From Clostridia bacterium (GTDB lineage Bacteria; Bacillota; Clostridia; Oscillospirales; CAG-272): a stretch of 64,000 nt of DNA. Under the pieces are notes generated by a model, which did no database searches, was not told the origin of the DNA, and saw only the letters and a program-made list of their open reading frames with translations. Position numbers and translations under genes: made by a program. The first letter of the stretch is position 1. Each line of letters starts with the position of its first letter. Below are positions 1 through 10,833 of this stretch, one piece after another. Location of the stretch: the NCBI GenBank assembly GCA_017462035.1, contig JAFTRY010000030.1, positions 874 through 64,873 on the forward strand, given 5' to 3'.

Positions 1-419
1 GACTAGAATTGGGAGCCGATGACTTTGTGGTGAAGCCCTTTGATATGAAGGAGCTGAGCGCCCGGGTGAAGAGTGTGCTGCGCCGTTATCAGACCCACTC
101 GAACCAAAACGACGAGGAAGTGATCAAATTTGACAATATTGAGATCAGTCACCAGAAGTATGAGCTGAAGCTGAGAGGAAAGCCGGTGGACGTGCCTCCC
201 AAGGAGCTGGAGCTGCTGTACTTCTTAGCATCCAACTATAACCGTGTGTTCACACGGGATCAGCTGTTGGACAAGGTTTGGGGCTTTGATTATTTGGGGG
301 ATTCCCGTACCGTGGATGTTCACGTCAAGCGTTTGCGTGAGAAGCTGGAGGGAGTTTCGGATAAATGGACCCTAAAGACGGTGTGGGGCGTTGGCTACAA
401 ATTTGAGCTTTTGAGCTGA
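1..419 (+). CDS. OmpR/PhoB-family response regulator (5' end truncated by window edge)
   Basis: End of receiver domain (GADDFVVKPF) and winged-helix motifs (RDQLLDKVWG, RTVDVHVKRLREKL, TVWGVGYKF). Confidence 0.95.
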   Translation, partial: LELGADDFVVKPFDMKELSARVKSVLRRYQTHSNQNDEEVIKFDNIEISHQKYELKLRGKPVDVPPKELELLYFLASNYNRVFTRDQLLDKVWGFDYLGDSRTVDVHVKRLREKLEGVSDKWTLKTVWGVGYKFELLS

Positions 420-513
420 AGGTAAACGGATTTGATACAGCCGTGAAATGACATAGGGGATGAGCACCGGGTGCCCATCCCCTTGTTTCACTCAGAGCGG
501 GGAAGGAGCTATT

Positions 514-1971
514 ATGTATAAAAGTATATTCGCCAAGTACGTGGTATCGTTTATGGCAATTATCCTGGTCAGCTTTTTGATCATTATTCTCACCATATCC
601 TCCATCATTGGAGACTATTCCGGTCAGGCGAAGGCGGACATGATGAAAACGGCGGCACAATCCTCGGTTACTTACCTGGAAAATGAGTTAAAATTTCGGG
701 AGAGCTACGACCTAAAGACCCTGATCGAATCAGAGGAAGAAAATATCCGAGAGATGCTTGCAGTGTTGGCATCTAACGCAGAGGATCTTACCGTAGTGCT
801 GGTAGATGCCGACGGGGAGATCCATATGGCGGTTGGAAGCGATGAGGAGCAGGTGGAAATCGGTATGGCTTTGCCGGCGGAATTACTTCAGGAGGCGAAT
901 GAGCCTCAGGGAAGCTTTCTGTCCCAGAATACCGAACAATTTCAAATTTTCGATCAACCGCACTATCGATATGCCTGTCCCATATACGACGAGTCGGAAC
1001 AGCTTTGCGGCACCGTGTTTGTATGTGCTACCTCGGTAATGCTTACCGAGCTGATCGAGGTGATCGTAAAGACCATCGTCATTGCCAGTATCTGGGTTCT
1101 CCTGGCGTCTCTGATCGCGGCATACCTAATCAGCGAGAAGATCAGCGCGCCTCTGAAGGAGATCAGCAAGGCGGCGAAGAGCTTTGCCGCGGGTCGGTTT
1201 GATGTCCGTGTCCCGGTGCGGGGAGAGGACGAGGTGGCGGAGCTTGCTGTTGCTTTTAATAACATGGCGGAGTCGCTGAACAATTACGATAGAATGCAGA
1301 CGACCTTTATGTCCAATGTTTCTCATGACCTCCGTACTCCCATGACTTCCATTGCGGGTTTTATTGACGGGATCCTGGACGGTGTAATTCCTCCCGAAAA
1401 ATACGAGTACTATCTGAGTTTGGTAGCAACCGAGGTCAAACGACTTTCCCGGCTTGTAGCGTCCCTTCTCGATCTGTCCCGCATCCAAGCGGGTGAGCGG
1501 AAGTTCGTTATGTCTACCTTTGACGTGTGTGAAATGGGACGGCAGATTTTGATCTCCTTTGAGCAAAAGATCAATGAAAAACAACTGGATGTATCCTTTG
1601 ATTGTGATGAAGAATCTTTAAATGCGGTTGCAGATCGGGACGCGATCTATCAAGTATTCTATAATCTGTGCGATAACGGAGTAAAATTCGCGTCGGAGAA
1701 GGGATGCTTCCGCATTGCCGTTCGCAAATTAAAAAACAGAAGGGTCCTGGTTTCGGTGTATAACGAAGGTCAGGGAATTGCCGACGAGGATCTTCCGTAC
1801 ATCTTTGACCGCTTTTATAAGAGCGATAAGAGCCGAGGACTGAATAAATCCGGAGCCGGGCTTGGATTGTTCATATCGAAAACCATTGTGGAAGCCCACC
1901 ACGAACGGATTTGGGTGGAAAGCGAATACGGAAAAAACTGTTGTTTTAATTTTACACTGTCCGGTGAATAA
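514..1971 (+). CDS. Sensor histidine kinase (2 TM, HAMP, HisKA, HATPase)
   Basis: H-box SHDLRTPM, N-box NLCDNGVKF, G-box GAGLGLFI, HAMP (DEVAELAVAFNNMA); AAGGAG RBS before ATG 514. Confidence 0.95.
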   Translation: MYKSIFAKYVVSFMAIILVSFLIIILTISSIIGDYSGQAKADMMKTAAQSSVTYLENELKFRESYDLKTLIESEEENIREMLAVLASNAEDLTVVLVDADGEIHMAVGSDEEQVEIGMALPAELLQEANEPQGSFLSQNTEQFQIFDQPHYRYACPIYDESEQLCGTVFVCATSVMLTELIEVIVKTIVIASIWVLLASLIAAYLISEKISAPLKEISKAAKSFAAGRFDVRVPVRGEDEVAELAVAFNNMAESLNNYDRMQTTFMSNVSHDLRTPMTSIAGFIDGILDGVIPPEKYEYYLSLVATEVKRLSRLVASLLDLSRIQAGERKFVMSTFDVCEMGRQILISFEQKINEKQLDVSFDCDEESLNAVADRDAIYQVFYNLCDNGVKFASEKGCFRIAVRKLKNRRVLVSVYNEGQGIADEDLPYIFDRFYKSDKSRGLNKSGAGLGLFISKTIVEAHHERIWVESEYGKNCCFNFTLSGE

Positions 1972-2043
1972 AATAAATTCCTCCGACAAAAGAATAGAAT
2001 AGACGGAACAGATTTTTTTATTCTTTGTTAGGAGGTATGAGCA

Positions 2044-3615
2044 TTGATTCAAAAACGCCATTCCCAAAAAAGACGGGTTTCACCCTTTCCCGGTATTCGC
2101 CGCGGGACGGAGAAGTCTGCCGAAAGGACTCTCATCCGAGAAAAGGATGAGTCGGAGGAAACCATCTCCCCCGCGATGAGTCCCGATCCAATTGGTGATC
2201 TGGGCGACTGCAATGAGCAGGAATCGGAAAAGATGGGATTTATGGGTTGGGAACGGGACAGGATTTCCCGAGAGACCGATTCTCAACAAAAAAATATACC
2301 GAAAAGAGTGGTCTCCAACGTTCCCACAGTGCCTGAACCGGGACGCGTGGTGTGGGAGGAGCACAAGAAAAAAGAAGTAGCGGAGAGCCCCGAGGAGCGG
2401 AAGGAAGTGATCCGCAAGATACCCCCATCCGAGCCTTATACGCCACCGCCTCTCCACCGGGAGGAGAAAAAAGGGAGAGGAATTGGGAAATTATGCGTAG
2501 GGATTCTCACAGCCACTTTGCTATTAGCGTCCCTTACCCTGTTCGTTTCGGTGCTGGCAAGCCGCGCTTCCGAGGGCGAGTGGCAAGGAGAGGGTACGGC
2601 GAAGGATGAGGTCCCCGCAGATGTCCCGGTGAACGATTCCCCTGATAAGATCATTTTCGTGAAGCAGTATGACGATCAGAGCGGAATACTGACTACTGCT
2701 GAGCTCTATGCCAGATGTGCTGATTCGGTAGTGTCCATTCTTGCTCAAGGAGAGAAAAACTCCGGAGTAGGCTCTGGCTTCTTTATTACGTCGGACGGTT
2801 ATATTGCCACAGCCAATCATGTGGTAGAGGGTATGGAAAGTCTTACCGTGGTGGAGGCGGACGGAAGCCGTCATCGTGCCACGCTGGTGGCAGGCAATGC
2901 CCTTACCGATCTGGCACTGCTGAAAATTGAAAAGGAAGGATGCTCCGAGGTGGATTTTGCTTCCTCCGCCGATTTGTTGGTGGGGGAGAAGGTCGTGGCG
3001 ATCGGTACGCCGGCGGCACTGGACTATGCGGGCAGTGTCTGTACGGGAGAACTGTCATTCGTAGGAAGATCGGTCAAGATCTATGGTGATGACGGACAGA
3101 TTCAGAAAAAAATGACTCTTTTGCAGACCGATGCCCCCTTGAATCCGGGGAATTCAGGATGCCCGCTTTTTAATGAATATGGTCAGGTGGTTGGCATCGT
3201 TACGATGAAGCTGGGAAGCAGTTACGTGGGAATGGGATTTGCCATCCCCTCGTCAGGGGCAATGAAGATCCTCAGTGCCATGATGCGGGGGGAGGTGCTG
3301 ACCGAAGAGTTGCTGTCAGAGGTTAGTACCGTGGCACCCAGCCTCGGAATACTGGGAGAGGCTCAGACTGAGGAGGGGGTGTGCGGCGTTCGGGTTCTGG
3401 ACTTTTCGTCCGCTACCGCTCCCGTTTCCTATATTCTGAAAAAAGGAGATCTGATCGTACAGATCGACGGAACGCCCGTGGCGAACCGCTCGGACGTTAC
3501 CTCGGTGATCCAACAAAAAACACCGGGAGATATGGTAGCGGTCACCGTGCTCAGAGGCGGTCAGTGGTTGACCTTCCGCCTGGCACTGATGTCATCTGCA
3601 ACGGAATTGACCTAA
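2044..3615 (+). CDS. htrA: Membrane-anchored HtrA/DegP-family serine protease with PDZ domain
   Basis: Triad motifs TANHVV, DLALLK and GNSG; single TM segment; C-terminal PDZ (GDLIVQIDG); AGGAGG RBS 8 nt before TTG start. Confidence 0.9.
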   Translation: MIQKRHSQKRRVSPFPGIRRGTEKSAERTLIREKDESEETISPAMSPDPIGDLGDCNEQESEKMGFMGWERDRISRETDSQQKNIPKRVVSNVPTVPEPGRVVWEEHKKKEVAESPEERKEVIRKIPPSEPYTPPPLHREEKKGRGIGKLCVGILTATLLLASLTLFVSVLASRASEGEWQGEGTAKDEVPADVPVNDSPDKIIFVKQYDDQSGILTTAELYARCADSVVSILAQGEKNSGVGSGFFITSDGYIATANHVVEGMESLTVVEADGSRHRATLVAGNALTDLALLKIEKEGCSEVDFASSADLLVGEKVVAIGTPAALDYAGSVCTGELSFVGRSVKIYGDDGQIQKKMTLLQTDAPLNPGNSGCPLFNEYGQVVGIVTMKLGSSYVGMGFAIPSSGAMKILSAMMRGEVLTEELLSEVSTVAPSLGILGEAQTEEGVCGVRVLDFSSATAPVSYILKKGDLIVQIDGTPVANRSDVTSVIQQKTPGDMVAVTVLRGGQWLTFRLALMSSATELT

Positions 3616-3673
3616 AGGGTGACGGAAAAACAGATGAAAAACGAAATATTTTTAGTAATTTTATAAAAAACTA

Positions 3674-3702
3674 TTGCAAAAAACGAATGAACGGGATATA
3701 AT
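3674..3702 (+). promoter_or_regulatory. sigma-A promoter for the mgtC pair
   Basis: TTGCAA-17 nt-TATAAT. Confidence 0.7.
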
Positions 3703-3763
3703 ATATAAATATATCTGTCATTCGTTTTTTTGTGTGAAATCGGTGAAAATAGAGGAGGAAGTT

Positions 3764-4465
3764 ATGATCACCCTATCGATTTGGGATTTGCTGGCACGAC
3801 TTGGTATAGCCTCTCTGTGCGGCGGTCTGATCGGAATTGAGCGGGGAAGAAAGCACCGTGCGGCGGGATTTCGTACCCACATGCTGGTGTGCATGGGAGC
3901 GGCGCTTACCATGGTTCTCAGTACATACCTGTGTGTCATGCTGCAAAGTGAGACGTGGCACCTCAACCCCCTGGTGGATAATATGCAGACCGATGTATCC
4001 CGTTTTGGTGCCCAGGTAATCAACGGGATCGGTTTCATTGGCGCGGGGACGATCATTGTCACGGGACGCCAACAGGTTAAGGGAATGACCACTGCGGCAG
4101 GACTTTGGGCTTCTGCCTGTATGGGACTTTCCATCGGTGCCGGCTTTTATGTCGCCGCGTTGATTGGCTGTTCGCTGATTCTGATTACTATTGTTGTATT
4201 TTCCAGGATCGAACACCTCATCCTGTCTCGCTCCCGGAATATTAATTTGTACGTGGAATTTGATTATATCGATGACCTGTCTCTTATTTTGGAGAAAATC
4301 AAGGAAAAGCAGATACGAATTTTTGACGTGGAGATTACCAAAGCAAAGGGAAATACCCTTCCTGGTGCTCTCTTTTCCTTGCAGCTTCCCAAAAAACAAC
4401 CACATACTCAGGTAATGACAGCCATTGCCGAGGTGGAAAGTGTACGAAGCATTGAAGAAGTGTAA
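3764..4465 (+). CDS. MgtC/SapB-family membrane protein (paralog 1)
   Basis: GIERG...AGFRTHMLV, GIGFIGAGTI and GMTTAAGLWA motifs; ACT-like C-terminal domain; AGGAGG RBS. Confidence 0.92.
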   Translation: MITLSIWDLLARLGIASLCGGLIGIERGRKHRAAGFRTHMLVCMGAALTMVLSTYLCVMLQSETWHLNPLVDNMQTDVSRFGAQVINGIGFIGAGTIIVTGRQQVKGMTTAAGLWASACMGLSIGAGFYVAALIGCSLILITIVVFSRIEHLILSRSRNINLYVEFDYIDDLSLILEKIKEKQIRIFDVEITKAKGNTLPGALFSLQLPKKQPHTQVMTAIAEVESVRSIEEV

Positions 4466-4479
4466 GGAGGGACGGAACT

Positions 4480-5175
4480 GTGATTGAATATTTGAACTTT
4501 TTGCGAAGCGATCATTTGGACCTGCTTTCCATTTTCGTGCGGCTGTTTTTGGCAGTTCTTTGCGGTGGGTGTATTGGTCTGGAACGGGAACGGAAGCGCC
4601 GACCCGCCGGCTTCCGAACGCATATCCTGATCTGCCTGGGGGCGGCAATGACCACCTTGACCAGCCAATTTTTGGTGTTGGAGCTTCATCTGTATACCGA
4701 TATGGCACGTTTGGGTGCCCAGGTTATCGCGGGAATCGGCTTTATCGGCGCGGGTACCATTATTATTACAAAGCGCCGACAGGTAAAGGGATTGACTACC
4801 GCCGCGGGGCTATGGGCGGCGGCAATCGTAGGCTTGTGTTGCGGAGCGGGCTTTTATGAAGGTGCGCTTCTTGCGACTGCCATTATTCTCTTGGCGGAGC
4901 TGGTGTTTGCCAAGCTGGAATATTATATTGTTTCTAACGCGCGGGTCATGAATTTGTACGTAGAATATGTAGAAGCCAGTAACTTGGGAACCATTGTGGA
5001 TACCATTAAAAAGACGGGAGCATATATCGTTGATATGGAGATTACCAAAAACGGCGGTGAGGAAAGACACCCCTGTGTCATTGTTTCCATTCAAACTCCC
5101 CGGAAGATTTCCAATCAAAATCTGATGGCAGTGGTCGCCAAGTTGGACGGCGTTGCCTCAGTAGAAGAACTGTAA
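4480..5175 (+). CDS. MgtC/SapB-family membrane protein (paralog 2)
   Basis: GLERE...AGFRTHILI, GIGFIGAGTI and GLTTAAGLWA motifs; AAGGAGG RBS, GTG start. Confidence 0.92.
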   Translation: MIEYLNFLRSDHLDLLSIFVRLFLAVLCGGCIGLERERKRRPAGFRTHILICLGAAMTTLTSQFLVLELHLYTDMARLGAQVIAGIGFIGAGTIIITKRRQVKGLTTAAGLWAAAIVGLCCGAGFYEGALLATAIILLAELVFAKLEYYIVSNARVMNLYVEYVEASNLGTIVDTIKKTGAYIVDMEITKNGGEERHPCVIVSIQTPRKISNQNLMAVVAKLDGVASVEEL

Positions 5176-5179
5176 AAAT

Positions 5180-5219
5180 ATCGCCTTGTTCTTAGAGCTT
5201 AGACTCGGAACAAGGCGAT
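5180..5219. terminator. Bidirectional intrinsic terminator
   Basis: ATCGCCTTGTTC...GAACAAGGCGAT inverted repeat between convergent genes. Confidence 0.75.
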
Positions 5220-5221
5220 GT

Positions 5222-6175
5222 TTATTTTTGCTTCATAACAGTATCTAAAAAGCTTAGTAGCTGACTTCGGTATCCATCCGGATCGTAGTAGATCGATTGC
5301 GAGTGCGGTGCCTCGGGAACGGTCCATAGGCAGATCTGATCCGGAAAAAGACGAGAGATACGACGTGACATTTCTGTAGGAACAAAGCGGTCATTCTCGC
5401 CGTGGATCATGAGGATCGGAAGGCGGTTGCCCTGAAGAGCCTGTTGACAGGATACCTGCCAGTAATCAAATCCGGCAAGGATGCGGCTCCAAATGTTCAT
5501 GCCGTAAATCGCGGGATACGGATAGATTTTATGCTTGTACCGAAGGGTTCTGGCAATGATCTCAAAGGGAGAGGAAAATCCGCAATCGGCGACAACCCCC
5601 TGTACGCTTGAGGGAAGAGGGGTTCCCGTAGCCATGAGTACGGTAGAAGCTCCCATGGAGAGCCCCAACAAGGCAATAGAGAGGGAAGGAAAGCGTTCTT
5701 CCGCCCATCGGCACCACGCGCCCACATCCCAGCGTTCTTTAGCACCAAAGCAAATGTATATCCCCTCGCTTTGCCCGTGAGAGCGTTGGTCAGCGAGAAG
5801 AACATGATACCCCGCCTCGTGCAGGATTCTTGTGTGTACCGTAAAATCTCGCCGACAGGAGGAGTGATAGCCGTGAAAGCAAAGAACAATCCCTCTCGCC
5901 GGCGATTGGGAAGGCAGAAATTGTCCCGCAAGACGGAGTCCGTCAGAGGAGAGGATCCGTATCGACTCAAAAACTTGACGGTCAAACCAAAGCCGGTTGT
6001 CACGTAAAAGCACCTGTCCTTCGGAGGGAAGGGGGAAAGAGCCGCCGTGTTCCCGACGGTCAGCGGGGTAGTGAGTGCGGCGACGATTGGCACGACGAAA
6101 TAAAATTAAGGAAAAAATAAGAAATATAAGAAAAAGGATTGCCAAGCAAAAAGAGAATATTCCAAAGAGTTTCAT
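5222..6175 (-). CDS. Alpha/beta hydrolase with N-terminal TM anchor
   Basis: HGY motif, nucleophile elbow GLSMG, IHGENDRFVP and C-terminal His. Confidence 0.9.
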   Translation of the reverse strand: MKLFGIFSFCLAILFLIFLIFSLILFRRANRRRTHYPADRREHGGSFPLPSEGQVLLRDNRLWFDRQVFESIRILSSDGLRLAGQFLPSQSPARGIVLCFHGYHSSCRRDFTVHTRILHEAGYHVLLADQRSHGQSEGIYICFGAKERWDVGAWCRWAEERFPSLSIALLGLSMGASTVLMATGTPLPSSVQGVVADCGFSSPFEIIARTLRYKHKIYPYPAIYGMNIWSRILAGFDYWQVSCQQALQGNRLPILMIHGENDRFVPTEMSRRISRLFPDQICLWTVPEAPHSQSIYYDPDGYRSQLLSFLDTVMKQK

Positions 6176-6307
6176 AAAACCTCCCAATCACGATCTGTCT
6201 TTATTTTAACACAAAAGGGCAAAAAAATCAACTTCCGTGAACTTGTTGAATGAATTTTGTAAAAGGTACACACCCTAATGACAGAAAAAACAAGGGGGTA
6301 GAGCGGG

Positions 6308-6913
6308 ATGAAGGGTGCGTACGCCAAGGTCAAACGGCTGATGGATGTCATATTTTCCGCGCTTCTTTTGTTTTTTTTGCTTGTTCCCATGTCAGTGATC
6401 GGTATACTGGTGGCGGTAAGCTCTCCCGGGGGAGCGATCTTTCGTCAAAAAAGGGTGGGACAGGACGGGAAACTTTTCGTGTGCTATAAATTTCGAACCA
6501 TGATCTCCGACGCGCCCCCCGATCTCCCCACGGCAGCCTTTCGGGACGCGGAGCAATATGTGACCCCGATAGGACGGTTTTTGCGCCGAAGCAGTTTAGA
6601 CGAATTGCCTCAGCTCTGGAACGTGCTCCGAGGGGACATGAGTCTGGTGGGACCAAGACCTCTCATCCCGGCAGAACGGCAGATGCACGAGCTGAGAGGA
6701 CGGAGCGGGGTGTACCGTGTCCGTCCCGGCATGACAGGACTCTCCCAGATTCGGGGACGAGATGCCTTGCCGGATCGGGACAAGGCAAGATTGGACGCAC
6801 GGTACGCTCATACCCTAAGCCTGTCCTCCGATTGCAGGATCCTGTGGGAGACCGTGTATCGGGTGTTTACGGGAAAGGGCGTAGCATTGCCTCCCAAAGT
6901 GGCAGGTAAATGA
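6308..6913 (+). CDS. Bacterial sugar transferase (small priming undecaprenyl-phosphate glycosylphosphotransferase)
   Basis: KRLMD, KFRTM, SLDELPQLWNVLRGDMSLVGPRP and RPGMTGLSQ motifs. Confidence 0.93.
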   Translation: MKGAYAKVKRLMDVIFSALLLFFLLVPMSVIGILVAVSSPGGAIFRQKRVGQDGKLFVCYKFRTMISDAPPDLPTAAFRDAEQYVTPIGRFLRRSSLDELPQLWNVLRGDMSLVGPRPLIPAERQMHELRGRSGVYRVRPGMTGLSQIRGRDALPDRDKARLDARYAHTLSLSSDCRILWETVYRVFTGKGVALPPKVAGK

Positions 6914-7010
6914 CCGCCGCCGAAAAAATAAAAGAAGGAGCCGTCGACGGGTATCATTCGACGGCTTTTGCCATATACTTTCCTGACCATAACTGTTTTT
7001 GGGGGATCTT

Positions 7011-7502
7011 ATGAAACGAGTTCTTGTGTTCCTTTGCCTTTTGCCTGTTTTGCTTACGGGCTGTACCTCCGGCGGCGAGTCCGCCGCTGTTCGGCTTGAC
7101 TGTCTCATAAAGGTGTGTCCCGAGCTTCCAACGGGGCAGATCTATGACTCCCAGGCAGAGGAGGGAATGGTATCCTACTTGAACGCCTCCTTGAAAAAGA
7201 GTCTGTACGGAGAGCGGGCGGAGGAAATATTGGCTCTGACCGAAAGCTATGCCATTTATCTTTCCTCTCAACCCTTGCCCTGTGAGATTGCCGTCTTTCG
7301 TTGCTATTCCCGCACGGATGCCCACCGTGTGACGGCAATGTGCTTGGAACGGGCAGAAGCGATCCGTGTAGCAATCCGTGAAACTCCCTATGTGGAGCGT
7401 ATGGATTGGATTCGGGTGCTGACGAAGGACCGCACGGTGATTATGACGGTCACGCCTGATCCGGAACGAATGGAAGAGGAAGCTTTGCGACAAATGAAAT
7501 GA
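7011..7502 (+). CDS. Putative lipoprotein (DUF4358-like)
   Basis: Signal peptide with lipobox LLTGC; EIAVF motif; family assignment is from recall only. Confidence 0.65.
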   Translation: MKRVLVFLCLLPVLLTGCTSGGESAAVRLDCLIKVCPELPTGQIYDSQAEEGMVSYLNASLKKSLYGERAEEILALTESYAIYLSSQPLPCEIAVFRCYSRTDAHRVTAMCLERAEAIRVAIRETPYVERMDWIRVLTKDRTVIMTVTPDPERMEEEALRQMK

Positions 7503-7506
7503 CGGA

Positions 7507-7953
7507 TTATAGAATCCCCATGATCCAATAAATCAATCCGTAGATCACACCGGAAAGGGTTCCGTATAAAATGACGGGACCCGCGACGGTAAAGATCTTT
7601 GCGCCCACTCCCAAAACCATACCCTCGGCTCGGCTGTCAATAGCAGGGGAGGCTACAGAGTTGGCAAAGCCTGTAATGGGAACCAGTGTTCCGGCACCGG
7701 CAAATTTCGCGATTTTGTCGAAGATACCCAAAGCGGTGAGGACAACCGCCAAAAAAATGAGGGTGACCGAGCATAGAAGAGCGGCTCCCTCCCGGTCCAA
7801 ATTGGGAATCTGTCCGTATAGCTGGGTCAAGCCCTGCCCCAAGGCGCAGATCAAGCCTCCGACAAAGAAGGCTCGGAGACAATCGGGAATGAGCGGGGAT
7901 TTCGGGGCGTGCCCCGAGGCGTAGCGCTTGTATTGCTTTTTATCTAAATTCAT
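7507..7953 (-). CDS. spoVAC: Stage V sporulation protein AC
   Basis: AFFVGGLICALGQ, AGAGTLVPITGFANS and FTVAGPVILYG motifs; AGGAGG RBS. Confidence 0.92.
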   Translation of the reverse strand: MNLDKKQYKRYASGHAPKSPLIPDCLRAFFVGGLICALGQGLTQLYGQIPNLDREGAALLCSVTLIFLAVVLTALGIFDKIAKFAGAGTLVPITGFANSVASPAIDSRAEGMVLGVGAKIFTVAGPVILYGTLSGVIYGLIYWIMGIL

Positions 7954-7998
7954 ACTTCCTCCTGCGGAGCAACCTCCGCCAAAGTTGTTTCTTATCCT

Positions 7999-8028
7999 TA
8001 TTGTTCTCTTGTCGGACTTTTTTTATTC
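7999..8028 (-). promoter_or_regulatory. Putative forespore (sigma-F/sigma-G type) promoter for spoVAC
   Basis: GAATA-15 nt-GAGAACAATA resembles GHATA-N15-GGNAANAHTA; spoVA is a forespore operon in Bacillus. Confidence 0.45.
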
Positions 8029-8033
8029 TTCTC

Positions 8034-8062
8034 TTTACAATTTTGGAAATATGTTGTATAAT
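8034..8062 (+). promoter_or_regulatory. sigma-A promoter
   Basis: TTTACA-17 nt-TATAAT. Confidence 0.6.
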
Positions 8063-8130
8063 AAAAAAGACGAGAACGAAATTGGTGACATCCGAGGATC
8101 CAAAGACTGAAAACAGAAAGGGAGAAGAAC

Positions 8131-8565
8131 ATGGCAAATTGGAACGAGATCCGCGCGTCCGTGGGACGTGTGGCGAATAAGGCACTGAGAAAGACCGAGG
8201 AATTGGCAGATACCGCGAGTATGCACTTGAAGCTGAAAAATTTGGAAAATAAGCGGGAGGAAACGTATGCGGCACTTGGTAGACTGACCTACCGTCAGCT
8301 GAAGACCGAGGGATCAAGAGCGGAGGAAATTGCCAAGAAGATCGAAGAGATCGACCACATCCGTCAGAAGATCAATGTCGTAAAGGATGAGATCGAGGCG
8401 GCAAAGAAGGCAAAAGAGGCGCAAAAAGCACAGCAAAAGGCGGAAGAGGCGGCTGAGAAGGCTGCCAGAAAGGCGGCTGAGGCAGAAGCGGCAGCCAAGA
8501 AAGCCATAGAGGAGGCATTGGCAGATGCGGAGGAGGAAGATGAGGCGGAGGACGAAGAAGACTAG
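8131..8565 (+). CDS. Hypothetical coiled-coil protein with Ala/Lys/Glu-rich tail and acidic end
   Basis: GGGAG RBS, own promoter and terminator, helical composition. Confidence 0.75.
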   Translation: MANWNEIRASVGRVANKALRKTEELADTASMHLKLKNLENKREETYAALGRLTYRQLKTEGSRAEEIAKKIEEIDHIRQKINVVKDEIEAAKKAKEAQKAQQKAEEAAEKAARKAAEAEAAAKKAIEEALADAEEEDEAEDEED

Positions 8566-8594
8566 GTCCTCTGCGTGCTGAGTTCTCCTAAAAG

Positions 8595-8636
8595 AAATAT
8601 GGGCACGATCCGATCGGATCGTGCCCATATTTTTTT
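8595..8636. terminator. Bidirectional terminator (38-bp perfect palindrome)
   Basis: AAATATGGGCACGATCCGA|TCGGATCGTGCCCATATTT with flanking A/T runs, between convergent genes. Confidence 0.8.
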
Positions 8637-8646
8637 ACGGATGGGA

Positions 8647-10293
<1,647 letters not shown>

Positions 10294-10327
10294 TCAATCA
10301 TCCTTTCTCAATGTAAAACGAAGGTTT

Positions 10328-10753
<426 letters not shown>

Positions 10754-10833
10754 TCATATTTAATTTTGAGAGAGAGTATACCGAAGGGTCCGAGCGGATA
10801 AAAAAGAGGGAAAAAGGAGGAAAAAGTAGGGTG

